A stretch of 64,000 nucleotides of DNA. It comes from the human T2T-CHM13v2.0 reference genome, Homo sapiens. The stretch is from the NCBI RefSeq assembly GCF_009914755.1, contig NC_060927.1; one strand, given 5' to 3'. The position numbers were made by a program, and so were the translations under genes. Below the pieces are notes generated by a model. It was not told the DNA's origin, did not search any database, and was given only the letters and a program-made list of their open reading frames with translations. Shown one piece after another: positions 1 through 13,788 of the stretch (position 1 is its first letter; every line of letters starts with the position of its first letter).

Positions 1-101
1 TGGAAGAGAGCTTTCTTCTTTCAGCTGTAAACTTTTGTTCCAACCTCACCTTTGTGTCTGTGCTCCTCTGGGCATTATCTAAGACAACGAAAGACTGTTA
101 C
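1..101 (+). mobile_element. 3' end of an ERV1-class LTR (MER50-like), cut by the window edge
   Basis: taaacttttgttccaacctcacctttgtgtc...agacaacgaaagactgttaca resembles the MER50-group U5 end, finishes in CA and abuts an MST fragment. Confidence 0.5.
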
Positions 102-234
102 ACTTCTGCCATAATTGTAAGTTTCCTGAGGCTCTCCAGATGTGCAGAACTGTGAGTCAATTAAACCTCTTTTCTTTATAGATTACCTAGTCTTAGGGAA
201 GTCCTTTATAGCAGTGTGAGAATGGACTAATACA
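102..234 (+). mobile_element. 3' part of an MST/THE1 (ERVL-MaLR) LTR
   Basis: gaactgtgagtcaattaaacctcttt...gtgagaatggactaataca is the canonical MaLR LTR 3' end. Confidence 0.85.
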
Positions 235-539
235 GAGATACAGTTAGTAAAGCTGCTATGAACATTCTTGTACAGATCATTTGGTGAAATCAGAGAAGAT
301 TTTAGCTTTCAGTAATGCTTACTTAGACATGATGTTTATAATTATTCCTCTTTCATAAATAAGCCCAGGGGAATTGTGAGCTATGTGGCATCCTTCAGTA
401 CAAGGTTCTTCCAGCCCTACAGCTGTACTTAGACTATCAAGAGTATCGTTTGTCCAATTCCAGAAAGAATAATTCACGTTGTATTCTGGGATCCAGTGGG
501 CACATGGAATAGTACAGTGACACCAATGGATGGTGGACT

Positions 540-690
540 CCTGGCCATCATTTGATCAGTACCTCCAAGTGATGGAGAGAAACAGACACTGATGACATCA
601 CTTGAGCTTCATGCCATGACTGAAGCTATGCTTAAAGCCAAATATACTCCTGGACTTTGCAGTTTTCTAAACCAATAGATTTAAATGATT
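540..690 (+). mobile_element. Old MLT1-type LTR fragment
   Basis: ctgatgacatcacttgagc...ctgaagc...cctggactttgcagtt...ccaataga resembles the MLT1J/K 3' region. Confidence 0.45.
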
Positions 691-1468
691 ATTATCGATA
701 TAACCGTTATTATGTACACCATCATTCTGGGATAAAGGAACAGGTAGCAACTCCCAGATCCATGATTTATTGTAACTTTGAGCTCGCTTAGCCTATGCTA
801 TGCACAATTGTAATTTATGAGCATGGGATGATAATAATCTATTTGGATCTGAAATTTACTTTGTGTATTGTGCACTGCTATGCAGTTGTTAATTTTTTAG
901 CATCACACTTTTATTTTTTATCTTCCTTTTCTTAAAAATTGACATTTCAAATAGAAACCTTAAGCAACATTGATAACTATTTTCAACATATCTTCTACCA
1001 GATATTTTCTTTATTAACGTAGTTAGTTTATGTATTTAGATAATCAATATTTTAAAAATCTCTCAAGGCTTGTTATAAACTACAAATAAAGTAGGGAAGG
1101 GACTCACTTACTAGTCAACTGCAAAAAGGTGCCAAGCCTTCTGTATAACTTATTGCTCTTACTGTTCTTACTTGTCTGCTTGGCTTTGCAAACAAGTGAG
1201 AGGTCTTCTATTAATTATGCTCTTAATGTTGTTACAATAATATTTTGAGAACTGTACAGATGTTCTCTGGGAAATGGTTAAAAAACCAGTGTCCTTATAG
1301 AGGTACAAGGTAATTCTAACCCAGTATGGTAAATGATAATGAGTCATTTTTCATAATTAAACCAGGAATAAAAAGATTAAGCCCAATGACTTCAGATGAC
1401 AGCAATTTTAAATTATTTCATAGCAATTTGTAGTTTGTTTTCATTTAAAAATAAATCTAGTGATTTCT

Positions 1469-1810
<342 letters not shown>

Positions 1811-3453
1811 AATTTAGTGATCTTTGTATTTTGCCAGTAAAGATTATTTAATTGTAAGTGATGTGAATATATTTCACATAGCTAATGCATAATAATAGTA
1901 ATCTCAATAATCAAGGTTGAGCAGAAAGAGCATGGAGAAATATTCTGGTTTCTCCTCCCTCTAGCTTCCCACCTTCTGCAGTGCCTCTAACTAGCTAAGC
2001 CACAAGCTAGATGATGTGGGAGCCTATTGTAGTCAATCTCCCATCCATGTAAAGCAGAGGCTAATAACAACAAGGAATGCATTGGAAAGCAAGGCTCAGG
2101 AATGGCATGTTAGCCAGAATGAAAACATTATCAGCCTTAGACTAAATGCCTTAAATCAAAGCTGAAGCAAATGAAAAGTAGTTCAGAGGCTGAAATAGAT
2201 ATTCTCTTCTTTCTTAAGTAGTACTCATTCTGGGGTTATTTGTTCAAGTCTGTGACACAGTAAGGCTCTTTCCACTTTCCACAAGATTTGTAACCTAGAA
2301 AATCACCTAAGCATTGGTGATCCGGACTTCTTACTCTCACAGGAGTTGGGGAAAGTAAGTACTGAAATAGTTTGGAAGCACTTATAGTAAAAGCAGAATA
2401 TATAACTGAGGCACTATAACTTTTTCTAGTACCTGGTTTATTGAAGAACACTGCTATTTATCTGGAAATAAATGCTAAAGCTTAAACTTGTTTCTTAGAA
2501 ACTGCAGGTATTTTGATCTATGAAACTGTAACATGCCATATGGAAATAAAGCTTATTAAAGCTTAATTCTGTAAGGAAAACAACTGGCCATTCTTTGCTT
2601 ATCTAATAACTGGGAACTAATAGCCAAATAAGATCTACTAGACCTTTGTATACCTATAAAGCAGTAGTCAGGCCCTTCAATTTGGGCATTATGAATAAGA
2701 TAAAAGGATTTGTGAAGATGGCTTAAATTCATGCTGTATATTAAAATTATATATTTTAAAAATATATTTACGTATAATTAGTTGGTCTTGATGTCAGTTT
2801 CCAGTTTCTGTTCTATAAGAAACTATTACAATCTCCAAATCGTGAGAACTACTTCTATTGGAGTTTCTTTAAAGTATCCCCCATTGTTCAGCTTGATGAT
2901 GGAATGTTCATTTCTTACAACAAGGCCTTTATTACTACTATTAATTTAATAACTCTGGTTTCACTGAATATTCTTTAAATATAATAGTTTACGTTTTTTT
3001 TTTTTTCAACTTTTATTTTAGATTCAGGGGGTACATGTGCAGGTTTGTTAACTGGGTATATTGTGTGATGCTGAGATACAAATGATCCCATCACCCAGGT
3101 ACTGAGCATAATACCCAACAGTTTTTCAGCCCTTGCTTGCTCCTTTCCTTCCTTCCCTCTCTAGTAGTCCTCAGTGTCTATTGATGCCATCTTTATGTCT
3201 GTGAGTATCTAATGTTTAGCTCCCATTTATAAGTGAGAACATATGGTGTTTGGTTTTCTATTCTTTCATTAATTCACTTAAGATAATGGCCTCCAGCTGC
3301 ATCCATGTTGCTGCAAAGGACATGCTTTCATTATTTTATGGCTGTGTAGTATTTTATGGTATATACATGCCACATTTTTTTTAACCCAATCCACCATTGA
3401 TGGGCACCTATGTTGGTTTCATGTCTTTGCTATTCTGTATAGTGGTGCAATGA

Positions 3454-3848
<395 letters not shown>

Positions 3849-4141
3849 GGTAGTTCTCTTTTAAGTTCTTTGAGAAACCTTCAAACTTTTTACAGTGATT
3901 GAACTAACTTACATTCCCACCAACAGTGTCTAAACAATCCCCTTTCTCCACAGCCTCATCAACATCTGTTGTTTTTTGACTTTTTGATTTAGACAGTATG
4001 ACTAGTGTGATATGGTATCTCTTTGTGGTTTCGAGTTGCATTTCTCTGATGATTAGTGATGTGAATAAGTTTTTGATATGTTTGTTGGCTGCTTGTATGT
4101 TGTCTTTTGAGAAGTATCTGTTCATGTCTTTTGCACAGTTC

Positions 4142-4510
<369 letters not shown>

Positions 4511-7302
4511 TAGGTTTCGAATGTTAGACCTTTGTTGGATGTATAGTTTGTGAATATTTTGTCCCATTTTATAGGTTGTCTGTTTACTCTGTTGATAGTT
4601 TCTTTTGCTGTGCAGAAGTGCTTTAGTTTAATTGGGTCCCATTGGAAATTTTTGTTTTTGTTGAAATTGCTTTTGTAGACTTAGTCATAAATCCTTTCTC
4701 AAGGCTGATGTCCAGAATGATATTTTCCAGGTTTTCTTGTAGGATTCTTGTAGTTTGAGATCTTACATTTAAATCTTTAATCCATCTTTAGCTATTTTTT
4801 TGTATATGGTGAAAGTAGGGGTCCAGTTCCATTCTTTTGCATATGGCTAGCCAGCTATCCCAGCACCATTTAATAGGGAATTCTTTCCCCCCTGCTATTT
4901 TTGTTGACTTTGTTGAAGATCAGATGGCTGCAGGTGTGCAGCTTTATTTTTGGGTTCTCTATTCTCTTCCACTGGTCTATGTGTCTATTTATGTACCAGT
5001 ACCATGCTGTTTTGGTTACTGTACTCTTATAGTATAGTTTAAAGTCAGATAACGTGATGCCTCTGGCTTTGTTCTTTTTGTTTACAATTGTTTTTACTAT
5101 TCAGGTTCCTTTTTGGTTCCATATAAATTTTAGAATAGTTTTTCCAGTTTTGTGAAAAATGATGTTGGTAGTTTGATAGGAATAACATTGAATCTGTACA
5201 TTGCTTTGGGCTGTATGGCCATTTTAACAATATTGATTCCTCCAATCCGTAAGCATGGAATGTTTTTCCATTTGTTTGTGTTATTTATAATTTCTTTTAG
5301 CAGTGTTTTGTAGTTCTCCTTGTAGAGATCTTTCACCTCCTTGGTTAGATGCATTCCTAGATTTTTGTTTTTGTTTTTTCGTGTGTGTGTGTGTGTGAGT
5401 GCATTTGTGGGGGCCTATTGGAAATGAGATTATGTTCTTGATTTGGCTCTCAGCATGAACATTGTTGGTGTATAGAAATGCTACTGATTTTTGTGCATTG
5501 ATTTTGTATTCGGAAACTTTACTGAAGTTATTTATTATTTCCAGAAGCCTTTTGGCAGAGTCTTCAATGTTTTCTATGCGTAGAATCATATTGTCTATAA
5601 AGAGAGATAGGTTGACTTCTTTTCCTATTGGGATGCCTTTTCTTTCTTTCTTTTGCCTGATCTCTCTGGCTAGCACTTCCAGTACTATGTTGAATAGGAG
5701 TGGTGAGAGTGGACATCCTTTTCTTGTTTCATTTCTCAAGGGGAATGCTTACATATTGCCCATTCAATGTGATGTTGGCTGTGGGTTTGTCATAGATAGT
5801 TCTTCTTATTTTGAAGCATGTTCTTTTGATGCCTAATTTTTTGAGGGTTTTTTCATGAAGGGATGTTGGATTTTATTGAAAGCTTTTCCTGCATCTATTG
5901 TGATGATCATATGGTTTTTGTTTTTAATTCTACTTATGTGGTGAATCTCATTCATAAATTTGTGTATGTTAAATCAACCTTATCAGCCTTATCAGCATCC
6001 CAGAAATGAAGCCTACTCGATCATGGTGAATTCACTTTTTGATGTGCCGTTGAATTCGGTTTGCTAGTATTTTGCTGAGGATTTTTGCATCTATGTTCAT
6101 CACAAATATTGGCCTGCAGTTTTCTTTCTTCATTGTGTCTGCTAGGTTTTGGTATCAGGGTGAAGCTGGCTTTATAGAATGAATAAGGAAGTCCCTCCTC
6201 CTCAATTTTTTTTTGAATAGTTTAGTAGAATTGGTACTGGCTCTTCTTTGTACATTTAGTAGAATTTGGTTGTGAATCCATCTGGTCCAGGGCTTTCTTT
6301 GGCTGGTAGGTTTTTTATTACTGTTTCAATTTTGGAACTCGATATTGGTCTGTTTAATGTTTTGATTTCTTTGTGATTCGATCTTGGGAGATTGTGTGTT
6401 TCCAAGAATTTATTGATTTCCTCTAGATTTTCTAGTTTGTGGGTGTAGAGGTGTTTATAATAGTCTCTGGAGATTTTTTGTATTTCTGTGGGATTGATTT
6501 TAATGTTACCTTTGTCATTTCTTATTGTGCTTATTTGGATCTTCTCTTTTTTTTATTGTTAATCTAGCTAGTGGTCTATCAACTATTTTTATTTTGTCAA
6601 ACAACCAGCTTTTGCTTTTGTTGATTCTTTGTGGCTTATTGGGTCTCAGTTTTGTTCAGTTCCACTCACATTTTAGTTATTTCTTTTCCTCTTCTGACTT
6701 TGGTGTTACTTTGTTCTTGTTTTTGTATTTCTTCTAGATGTGATGTTAGATTGTTAATTTGAGATCTTCCCAACTTTGAGGTAGGCATTTAGTGCTATGA
6801 ACTTTCCTCTTAACACTGTTTTTGCTGCATCCCAGAGATTTTGGTATATTGTGTCTCTGATTTCATTTATTTCAAGAATTTTTTAAATTTCTGCCCTGAT
6901 TTCATTGTTTACCAAAAAGTCACTCATTAACAAGTATTTAATTTCCATATAATTGTGTGGTTTTGTGAGATCTTCTTGGTATTGATTTCTATTTGTATTC
7001 TAGTGTGGTCCAATAATAGGTTGTTATGAATTTGATTTTCTTGCATTTATTGAGACTTATTTTATGGCTTATCATGTGGCTAATCTTGGAATATGTTCCA
7101 TGTGCAGATGAGAAGATGTATATTCTGTGGTTGATGGGTGGAGTATTCTGTAGATGTCTATTACGTTCAATTAGTCAAGTGTTGACTTTGCATACAGAAT
7201 TACTTTGTTAGTTTTCTGCCTCAATGCTATGTCTAATGTTGTCAGCGGGGTGTTAAAGTCCCCCACTATTATTGCGTCTAAGTCCTTTTTTAGGTCTAAA
7301 AG

Positions 7303-7588
7303 TGTTGGTAGAAGAGCTGAGGCAGGACTGGCTTGTCTGTCATAATATAAAAGAGTCTTGGAAGATGCCTGGGGTCTAAGGTCTAAAACATTTCGTGGCC
7401 TTTGGAACACTAAGCTTTGTGCCAAAAGGTGGAAGACTGTCTTGCCGCAGCTCTTCTACCAATATGTCCCCCTCTTCTTTTTTGCAAAGACCCACCTTAT
7501 GTACTCTTAACCTGTTTTTTCTCATTCCTTTGACTCTGCCAGACTTCATAGCCCCCATGGCCTAGTGTTAGGTCTGATCACCCCAAAA
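7303..7588 (+). mobile_element. Internally rearranged ERVK-class solo LTR (LTR22/HML-5-like) inserted in L1 ORF2
   Basis: Starts tgttgg, ends tgatcaccccaaaa (CA end mutated); exact 6-bp TSD taaaag at 7297-7302 and 7589-7594; L1 sequence resumes after it. Confidence 0.75.
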
Positions 7589-10494
7589 TAAAAGTACTTG
7601 TTTTATGAATCTGGATGCTCCAATTTATATTTGAATGCTCCAAAATATACATGGATGCATATATATTTAGAATAGTTAAGTCTTCTTGTTGTATTTAACC
7701 CTTTATCATTTTGTAATGCCCTTCTTTGTCCTTTTTATTGTTGTTGGTTTAGTGTCTGTTTTATCTGATATAAGAATGGAGACCTCTGCTCTTTTTCATT
7801 TTCCATTTGCATGGCAGATCTTTCTTCAGTTCTCTACTTTGAGCCTATGGGTGTTGTTACATGTGAGATGCTCTTGAAAACAACAGGTGGATGAGTCTCT
7901 TTTTATCCAAGTTGGGACTATGTGCCTTTTAACCGAGGCATTTAAACCATTTACATTCAAAGTTAATACTGATATGTGAGGTTTTGATTCTATTGTGAAG
8001 TTGTTAACTGTTTGCTTTCCAGTGTCAGATGTGTGGTTGCTTTAGTAGGATCTATGGGCTATTTACTTAAGGGTGTTTTTGAAACAGGTATGCTTTTTTG
8101 TTTCCATGTTTAGAACTTCCTTAAGGATATCTTATAAGGTTGGCCTAGTGGTAAGAAATTCCTTTAGTGCTTGCTTGTCTGGATAATATTTTATTTCTCC
8201 TTTGTTCATAAAGTTTAGTTTGGCAAGCTATGAAATTCTTGGTTGGAATTTCTTTTCTGTTTATTTCATTTATTTTTTTGCTAAAAAAATAGGCCCTGAT
8301 CTCTCCTGGCTTGTAAGGTTTCTGCTGAAGAAGTGTGCTGTTAGCCTGATGGGCTTCCCTTTATACATGATCTACCCTTTTTCTCCAGCTGCCTTTAAGA
8401 TTTTTCCTTTAGCATTGACCTTGGACAGTTTGGTGACTATATGCCTTGATGTTTATTTTGCATAGTATCTCATAGGTGTTTTCTGGATTTCTTGTTTCTG
8501 GATGTCTGCCTCTCTAGCAAGATTAGGGAAGTTTTCTTGAATTATTCCCCCAAGTATATTTTCCAGGTTGTTGACTTTTTCTCCTCTTAGGAATGCCAGT
8601 AATTTATAGGTTTGGTTTCTTTACATAAGCTCATATTTCTCAAAGATTTGTTCATATTTTGAGTTTTTTTTTCTTTTGTCTGACTGGGTTAGTTCAAATG
8701 GTTGGTCTTCTAGCTCTGAAATTCTTTCTTTTGCTTAGTCCAGTCTATTGATAAGGTTTTCAATTGTATTTGGAAATTCCACAAGTGAGTTTTTTATTTC
8801 CAGAATCTCTGATTGATTTCTCTTTAATATGTTTATCTCTTCCTTCATTTCCTGGATTTCCTTAGAAGTTTCTTTATGTTGGTTTTTAACCTTTTCTTGG
8901 ATTTCATTGAGCTTCTTTGCAATCCATGCTTTCAATCTGTCATTTTTGCTTCCATTTTGATTAGGGATAATTGCTGGAGAGCTAGTATAATTGTCTGGTG
9001 ATTTCACTACACTCAGTTTTTTTTTTTTTTTTATGGTGCTAAAATTCTTGCACTGAATCCTTCTCATCTGGAAATGCTGGCATTTTTAATTTTTGTAATT
9101 ATTTTTGTGTGGGTAAGATTTTATCTTTTGTTTTCTTTCCCTATAATGTTATTATTATAATTACTTTTCATTTTCCTTTCCCTTTTCCCCCTCCTTAGGG
9201 GGTGTGACAGTAGAGAATTCTGGGTAGGGTCCTTTTGCCTTGCTTCTATAGTCTTAGGCACTTCTGTCAGCAGGTCTTATATTCTGCACAACAGCTGTGC
9301 AGTTTGACCTACAGGCCCATAGATGGAACTTATAGGTAGGAGCCAGCTGCAGCCAATGTGGCTAAATACTTGATTCTTATTTACTGGCAGAAGGTCTCTG
9401 TTGTCATAGGCAATGAGTTGACTCATGGAATGCACGGTAGTCTGAGCTCCCTGCTCAGCTCCAGAGGGGCAGGGACCACAAAGGTCCACCCATAGGTCCC
9501 CCGATGGCAGGCACAGGCACCAGCACTTAGGGAGAATCCAGTAGGCAGCCACCAAGTGCCCAGAGAGTGACTAGACATGGAGCTGGGAAACCTCCTCAGC
9601 TCCAAGCTCACAGGGATTCAGGGGTGCCCTCAACTCCTAATCCAGGAGAATGGGTGCTCCAAATGCCTGGAGATCTACGTAAGTATGGAGCAGAGAGGGC
9701 CTCATTGCATCATAATCTCAGGGGAGCAGGGTGTGGCGGTGGGACACCAAACTGATCTGAGTTGCAGTCCATTTCACCCACCGAACTAGAACTCAAATGA
9801 GTTCCAGTTCATCAAGCTGGCTCTGGCTGCAAGTCTTGCTGTCTAGGAGAAACTGCAGCTGTAGCAGCTCTCCTCCCACCCCAGGCTTGCAACTGGGAGA
9901 GCACAACTCTAGCACCTACTTCTGAGGCACTTTCTACAGTTCTGGTTGTGGAGGCCCTTACCCCACTCAAGAGCAGGTACTCCAACCTCTGGCCTGAGAC
10001 TAAAATGCTTGCATGGCCGTGCTGCTGGGTAGCCATGGAATGGCTGACTTTGCATGCACTTGGATTAAAAATGGCATTACGCTATAAGTACTGGGTCTGC
10101 AAAAATGTCTGCAGCTTTTCCCAGTTTCTTTCCCTCACAGCATCTCCAAGCCTCTTCCCAAGTTAGCTCCAGGGCTTGGGAGAAACAAAGTGCTCTCTTT
10201 TGGCTTGGGTTGCTTGGATCCCCACTGTAAAGGTGAGTCATGAGGGAGACTCTGCCTCTCTCACATACTGGGGCTTCACTCACTTTTATCAGATGCACAC
10301 TGTAATGGGGGCTGTTTGCCAGCATCCAGGATCTGTGGTGTCCTTCACAATTTTGATGAATTCCCATTTTCCTTCTTGAATTAAAGCTCACAGAGTTGAT
10401 CTCTATGTACCATCTTGCTATTTCCAAGTGGCTGAGGTATGTGGAAAGCCTCTAATCTGCCATCTTGACAAAAACAAACAAAAACCCAAAAACC

Positions 10495-11500
10495 TACATT
10501 GATTTTTGACTGTTGAACTAACCTTGCATTCCTGAGATACATCCTAGTTGGTCAGAAAATACCACTCATTTTATATATTTCTGGATTTGAGGATTCAAAA
10601 GTCTAGGTTAATAAAAGATTTTGGTGTGTAATTGTTCTGTAAAGTCTTTATCAGATTTCTCTGAAAAGACTGCCACAGTCTACTTGAGTTTTCCCTTTCT
10701 ATGCCAAGATCAGGAAGAATTCTCTCTGGTGCACAAGTAAAACTCACCTTGTGATTTGACCTTCCTTTGGAGATTGAAGTATTTCATCATCTTTTGTCTA
10801 TTGTCTGGAAACAATTGCCACATTTATTTCTTCCTGTTTTATAGTTGTTTGCAATAGGAGGATTAATCTGGAACATGTTAGTCATGGCGAGCAGTGGATA
10901 TAACTTTATAAAATAGTCTGATATATGGTAGACTGTTTTTTATTTTCAAAAACATATTGGCTCTTGTTATATACTTATTATGTTATATTTATTACTTGAA
11001 TTGTACTCATTTATTCAATTAATATATACTTATCAGTCAAGGACCTATTATGTGCTATCAATAATATCAAGTATTGAATATAGAATGAAGAGTGAAAGAG
11101 GTTTGTTATTTCACTTTAAGTGATATAGATACACCCTAGAACTAGCTTGTGACAAAAGTAAGCTTTATATTTCACTGGATTTAATTAAATTTATAAAATA
11201 ATTTAGGGGAAGATTAATGCCTTTGCAATATTTTTTCTTCCATTCCACAGAGATAATTTCAAATTACCTTTCCTTGAAAAATAAGTTTTATAAATCCTCT
11301 CTCTTTTCTTAAATATAGAACTGGCATATTTCATGTTTAGTTAATCCTGGGTATCTTATGGGTTTTGTTGCTATTGTCAATGTGCTGTTGTTTTTTCCTT
11401 CACCCTCTAGTGGTTTTTGCTGGTATAAAGAACAGCTATTGCCTTTTGTATGAACCATTTACTGATCTCTATAACATCTTAATAGTTTTTTCTTTGGGAT
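10495..11500 (-). mobile_element. Patchy ancient L1M/L1ME fragments, probably with an L2 piece near 11.0-11.1 kb
   Basis: gttgaactaaccttgcattcctgagata and ttttgttgctattgtcaatg are degenerate antisense L1 ORF2 motifs. Confidence 0.5.
11401..11417 (-). promoter_or_regulatory. Candidate CTCF core motif
   Basis: Minus strand reads aaaaCCACTAGAGGGTG; motif match only. Confidence 0.3.
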
Positions 11501-11561
11501 TTGCCAGATAGAGCTTACTGGAACTTTATTTTCATGAAATATGCCTACAAAATACTGGTTA

Positions 11562-11782
11562 TCACATACTGGGGCTTCACTCACTTTTATCAGATGCACA
11601 CTGTAATGGGGGCTGTTTGCCAGCATCCAGGATCTGTGGTGTCCTTCACAATTTTGATGAATTCCCATTTTCCTTCTTGAATTAAAGCTCACAGAGTTGA
11701 TCTCTGTGTACCATCTTGCTATTTCCAAGTGGCTGAGGTATGTGGAAAGCCTCTAATCTGCCATCTTGACAAAAACAAACAA
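11562..11782 (-). repeat. 221-bp direct duplicate of 10261-10481 (L1 5' end plus flank)
   Basis: 220/221 identical by manual alignment; only difference A10405 vs G11706. Confidence 0.97.
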
Positions 11783-12174
11783 TTAATGTAGTGTCTGTAT
11801 TTGTCTAATGTAAGCAGGCTGTATATGCTTTGTCTTTGCAGGGGTTGGTATTCAGTGTAATGTGGCCATGGGAAACTTAAACCTGTCTAGGAAAAACTAT
11901 TACTTCCTGTTTAGAGTCAGGGTTGAAAATAGAATTTCCATCTATGCAGCATCATCGCAGACTCTGTGAAACACCAATAAACATCCTCCTGACAATAGTC
12001 CATTAGCACAGTTCTGTTTAACCATGTAGACCTCCACAGTGGTTAGGTGACATCATTTTCATTTGGCTATGACACTAGGGGAAGAAGTCATACTTTACCA
12101 TAAAATATGTATTTTCTGTAAGTCAACCTGCAAACTCAAGCATCTTTAATAACATGTATTTTATTATTAAAATT

Positions 12175-13365
12175 TTCTTTTATTTCTCAACATAGGCTCC
12201 ATCCAGTTTAAGACACTTGTAAGTGATGATACCAGCTATTTAGTTCATCCTTACAGAAATGAGAGTCCTGGGAATTTAACCGTGTCAATGCAGTCTCTTT
12301 TACTTTATTAACTGAAGAAAAGTGGGTGAGCTTTAAAATTTTTTTTAAGATTAACAAACAAAAAGGAGTCGGAAGGAGCCAGTTCAGGATTGTAAGGTAG
12401 ATGCCTCATGATTCTCTATAGAAACTCTTACAAAATTGCCCTTATTTGATGAGACGAATAAGAAGGAACATTTTCATGGTGGAGAAGGACTCTCTGGTAA
12501 ATTCTCCCTTGGTGTTTTTCTGCTAAAGCTGTGGCTAACTTTCTCAAAACATGTTTGTAATAAGCAGATGTTATAATTCTTTTGCCCTCCAGAAAGTCTA
12601 CAAACAAAATGCATGAGCATCCCAAAATACTGTTTCCATGACCTTTGCTCTTGACCTATTCACTTCTGCTTTGACTGGACCACTTCCACCTCTTGGTGGC
12701 CATTGCTTTGATTGTGCTTTGTCTTCAGGATCATACTTGTAAAGCCATGTTTTAATCTTTTGTTACAATTCTTCAAAGAAATGCTTCAGGATCTGGATCC
12801 CACGTGTTTAAAATTTCTATTGAAAGCTCTGCTCTTGTCTGCAGCTGATCTGGGTCCAACAGTTGTAGCAAATGTCAAGTGGAAAGTTTGCTCAGTTTTG
12901 ATTTTTCAGTCAGAATTGTATAAGCTGAAACAATTGAGATGTCTATGGTGTTGGCTTTTGTTTCTGCTATTAATCATCTGTCCTCTTCAATTAGGACACA
13001 AACAAGATTAATTTTTTCCTTGCAAATTGGTGTGGATGGTCTGCTGCTGTGGGCTTCATCTTCAGCATGCTCTCATCTCTTCTTAAAATGAGTTATCCAT
13101 TTGTAAACTGCTGATTTCTTTGGTGAATCGTCCAAACTTTTCGTAGAGCATCAATGATTTCACTGTGCTTTCACCCAAGATTTATCATAAATTTGACATT
13201 TGTTCTTGCTTTAATTTTAGTAGAATTCGTGTTGCTCTAATAAGGGCTATTTTCAAACTGATGTCTTATGTTTCTTAGTGTCTCAAAGTACATCCTGTTC
13301 AGACATGCTGTAACAAATTAGTATGAGTTTATTTTGAGGCAAAAAATTGAAGTACATGTACAGTG
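12175..13365 (-). mobile_element. HSMAR2 mariner DNA transposon; decayed transposase, termini not found
   Basis: Translated fragment ILFVDFLEGKRIITSAYY..VLRKLA.ALAEK...QRVLLHHEN matches the Hsmar2 catalytic region; multiple stops. Confidence 0.9.
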
Positions 13366-13371
13366 CATGTA

Positions 13372-13788
13372 CATAAAGAGATTTATTATAAGAAATCGGT
13401 TCATGTGATTATGGAGGCTGACTAGTCCCAAGATTTGAGGGGTGAGTTGGCAGGCTGGACACCAAATGGAGGGAGTGCTGGTGGTGTAGTGTATCTAAAG
13501 GCCAGCAGGCTCAAGATCCAGAAATAAGTCAATGCCCTAATTGAAAGGCAGTCAGGCAGGAGAATTCTCTTACTTGGGGGATGGTCAGCCTTTTTATTCT
13601 ATTCAGTTTTTCCATTAATTGGATGAGGTCCACCCATATTAGTGAGGATAATCTGCTTTTCTCAGTCTACCAATTCAAATGTTAATCTCATCCAAAAATG
13701 CCCTCATAGACATACCCAGAATAATATTTGACTAAATATCTAAGCACCTTGTGTCCCAGTCAAGTTGACATATAAAATTAACTATTGT
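13372..13788 (-). mobile_element. MLT2 (ERVL) LTR
   Basis: gatttattataagaaatcggttcatgtgattatggaggctgac...cccagtcaagttgacatataaaattaac. Confidence 0.85.

Noticed and set aside
10077-11728. Paralogous ORF pair starting MEIARWY
   Set aside because: A by-product of the 221-bp duplication of L1 5'UTR; non-ATG starts and no coding evidence.
12428-13011. Domesticated transposase (SETMAR-like)
   Set aside because: The frame is broken into short pieces, and the HDNA motif reads HENV; an ordinary decayed HSMAR2.
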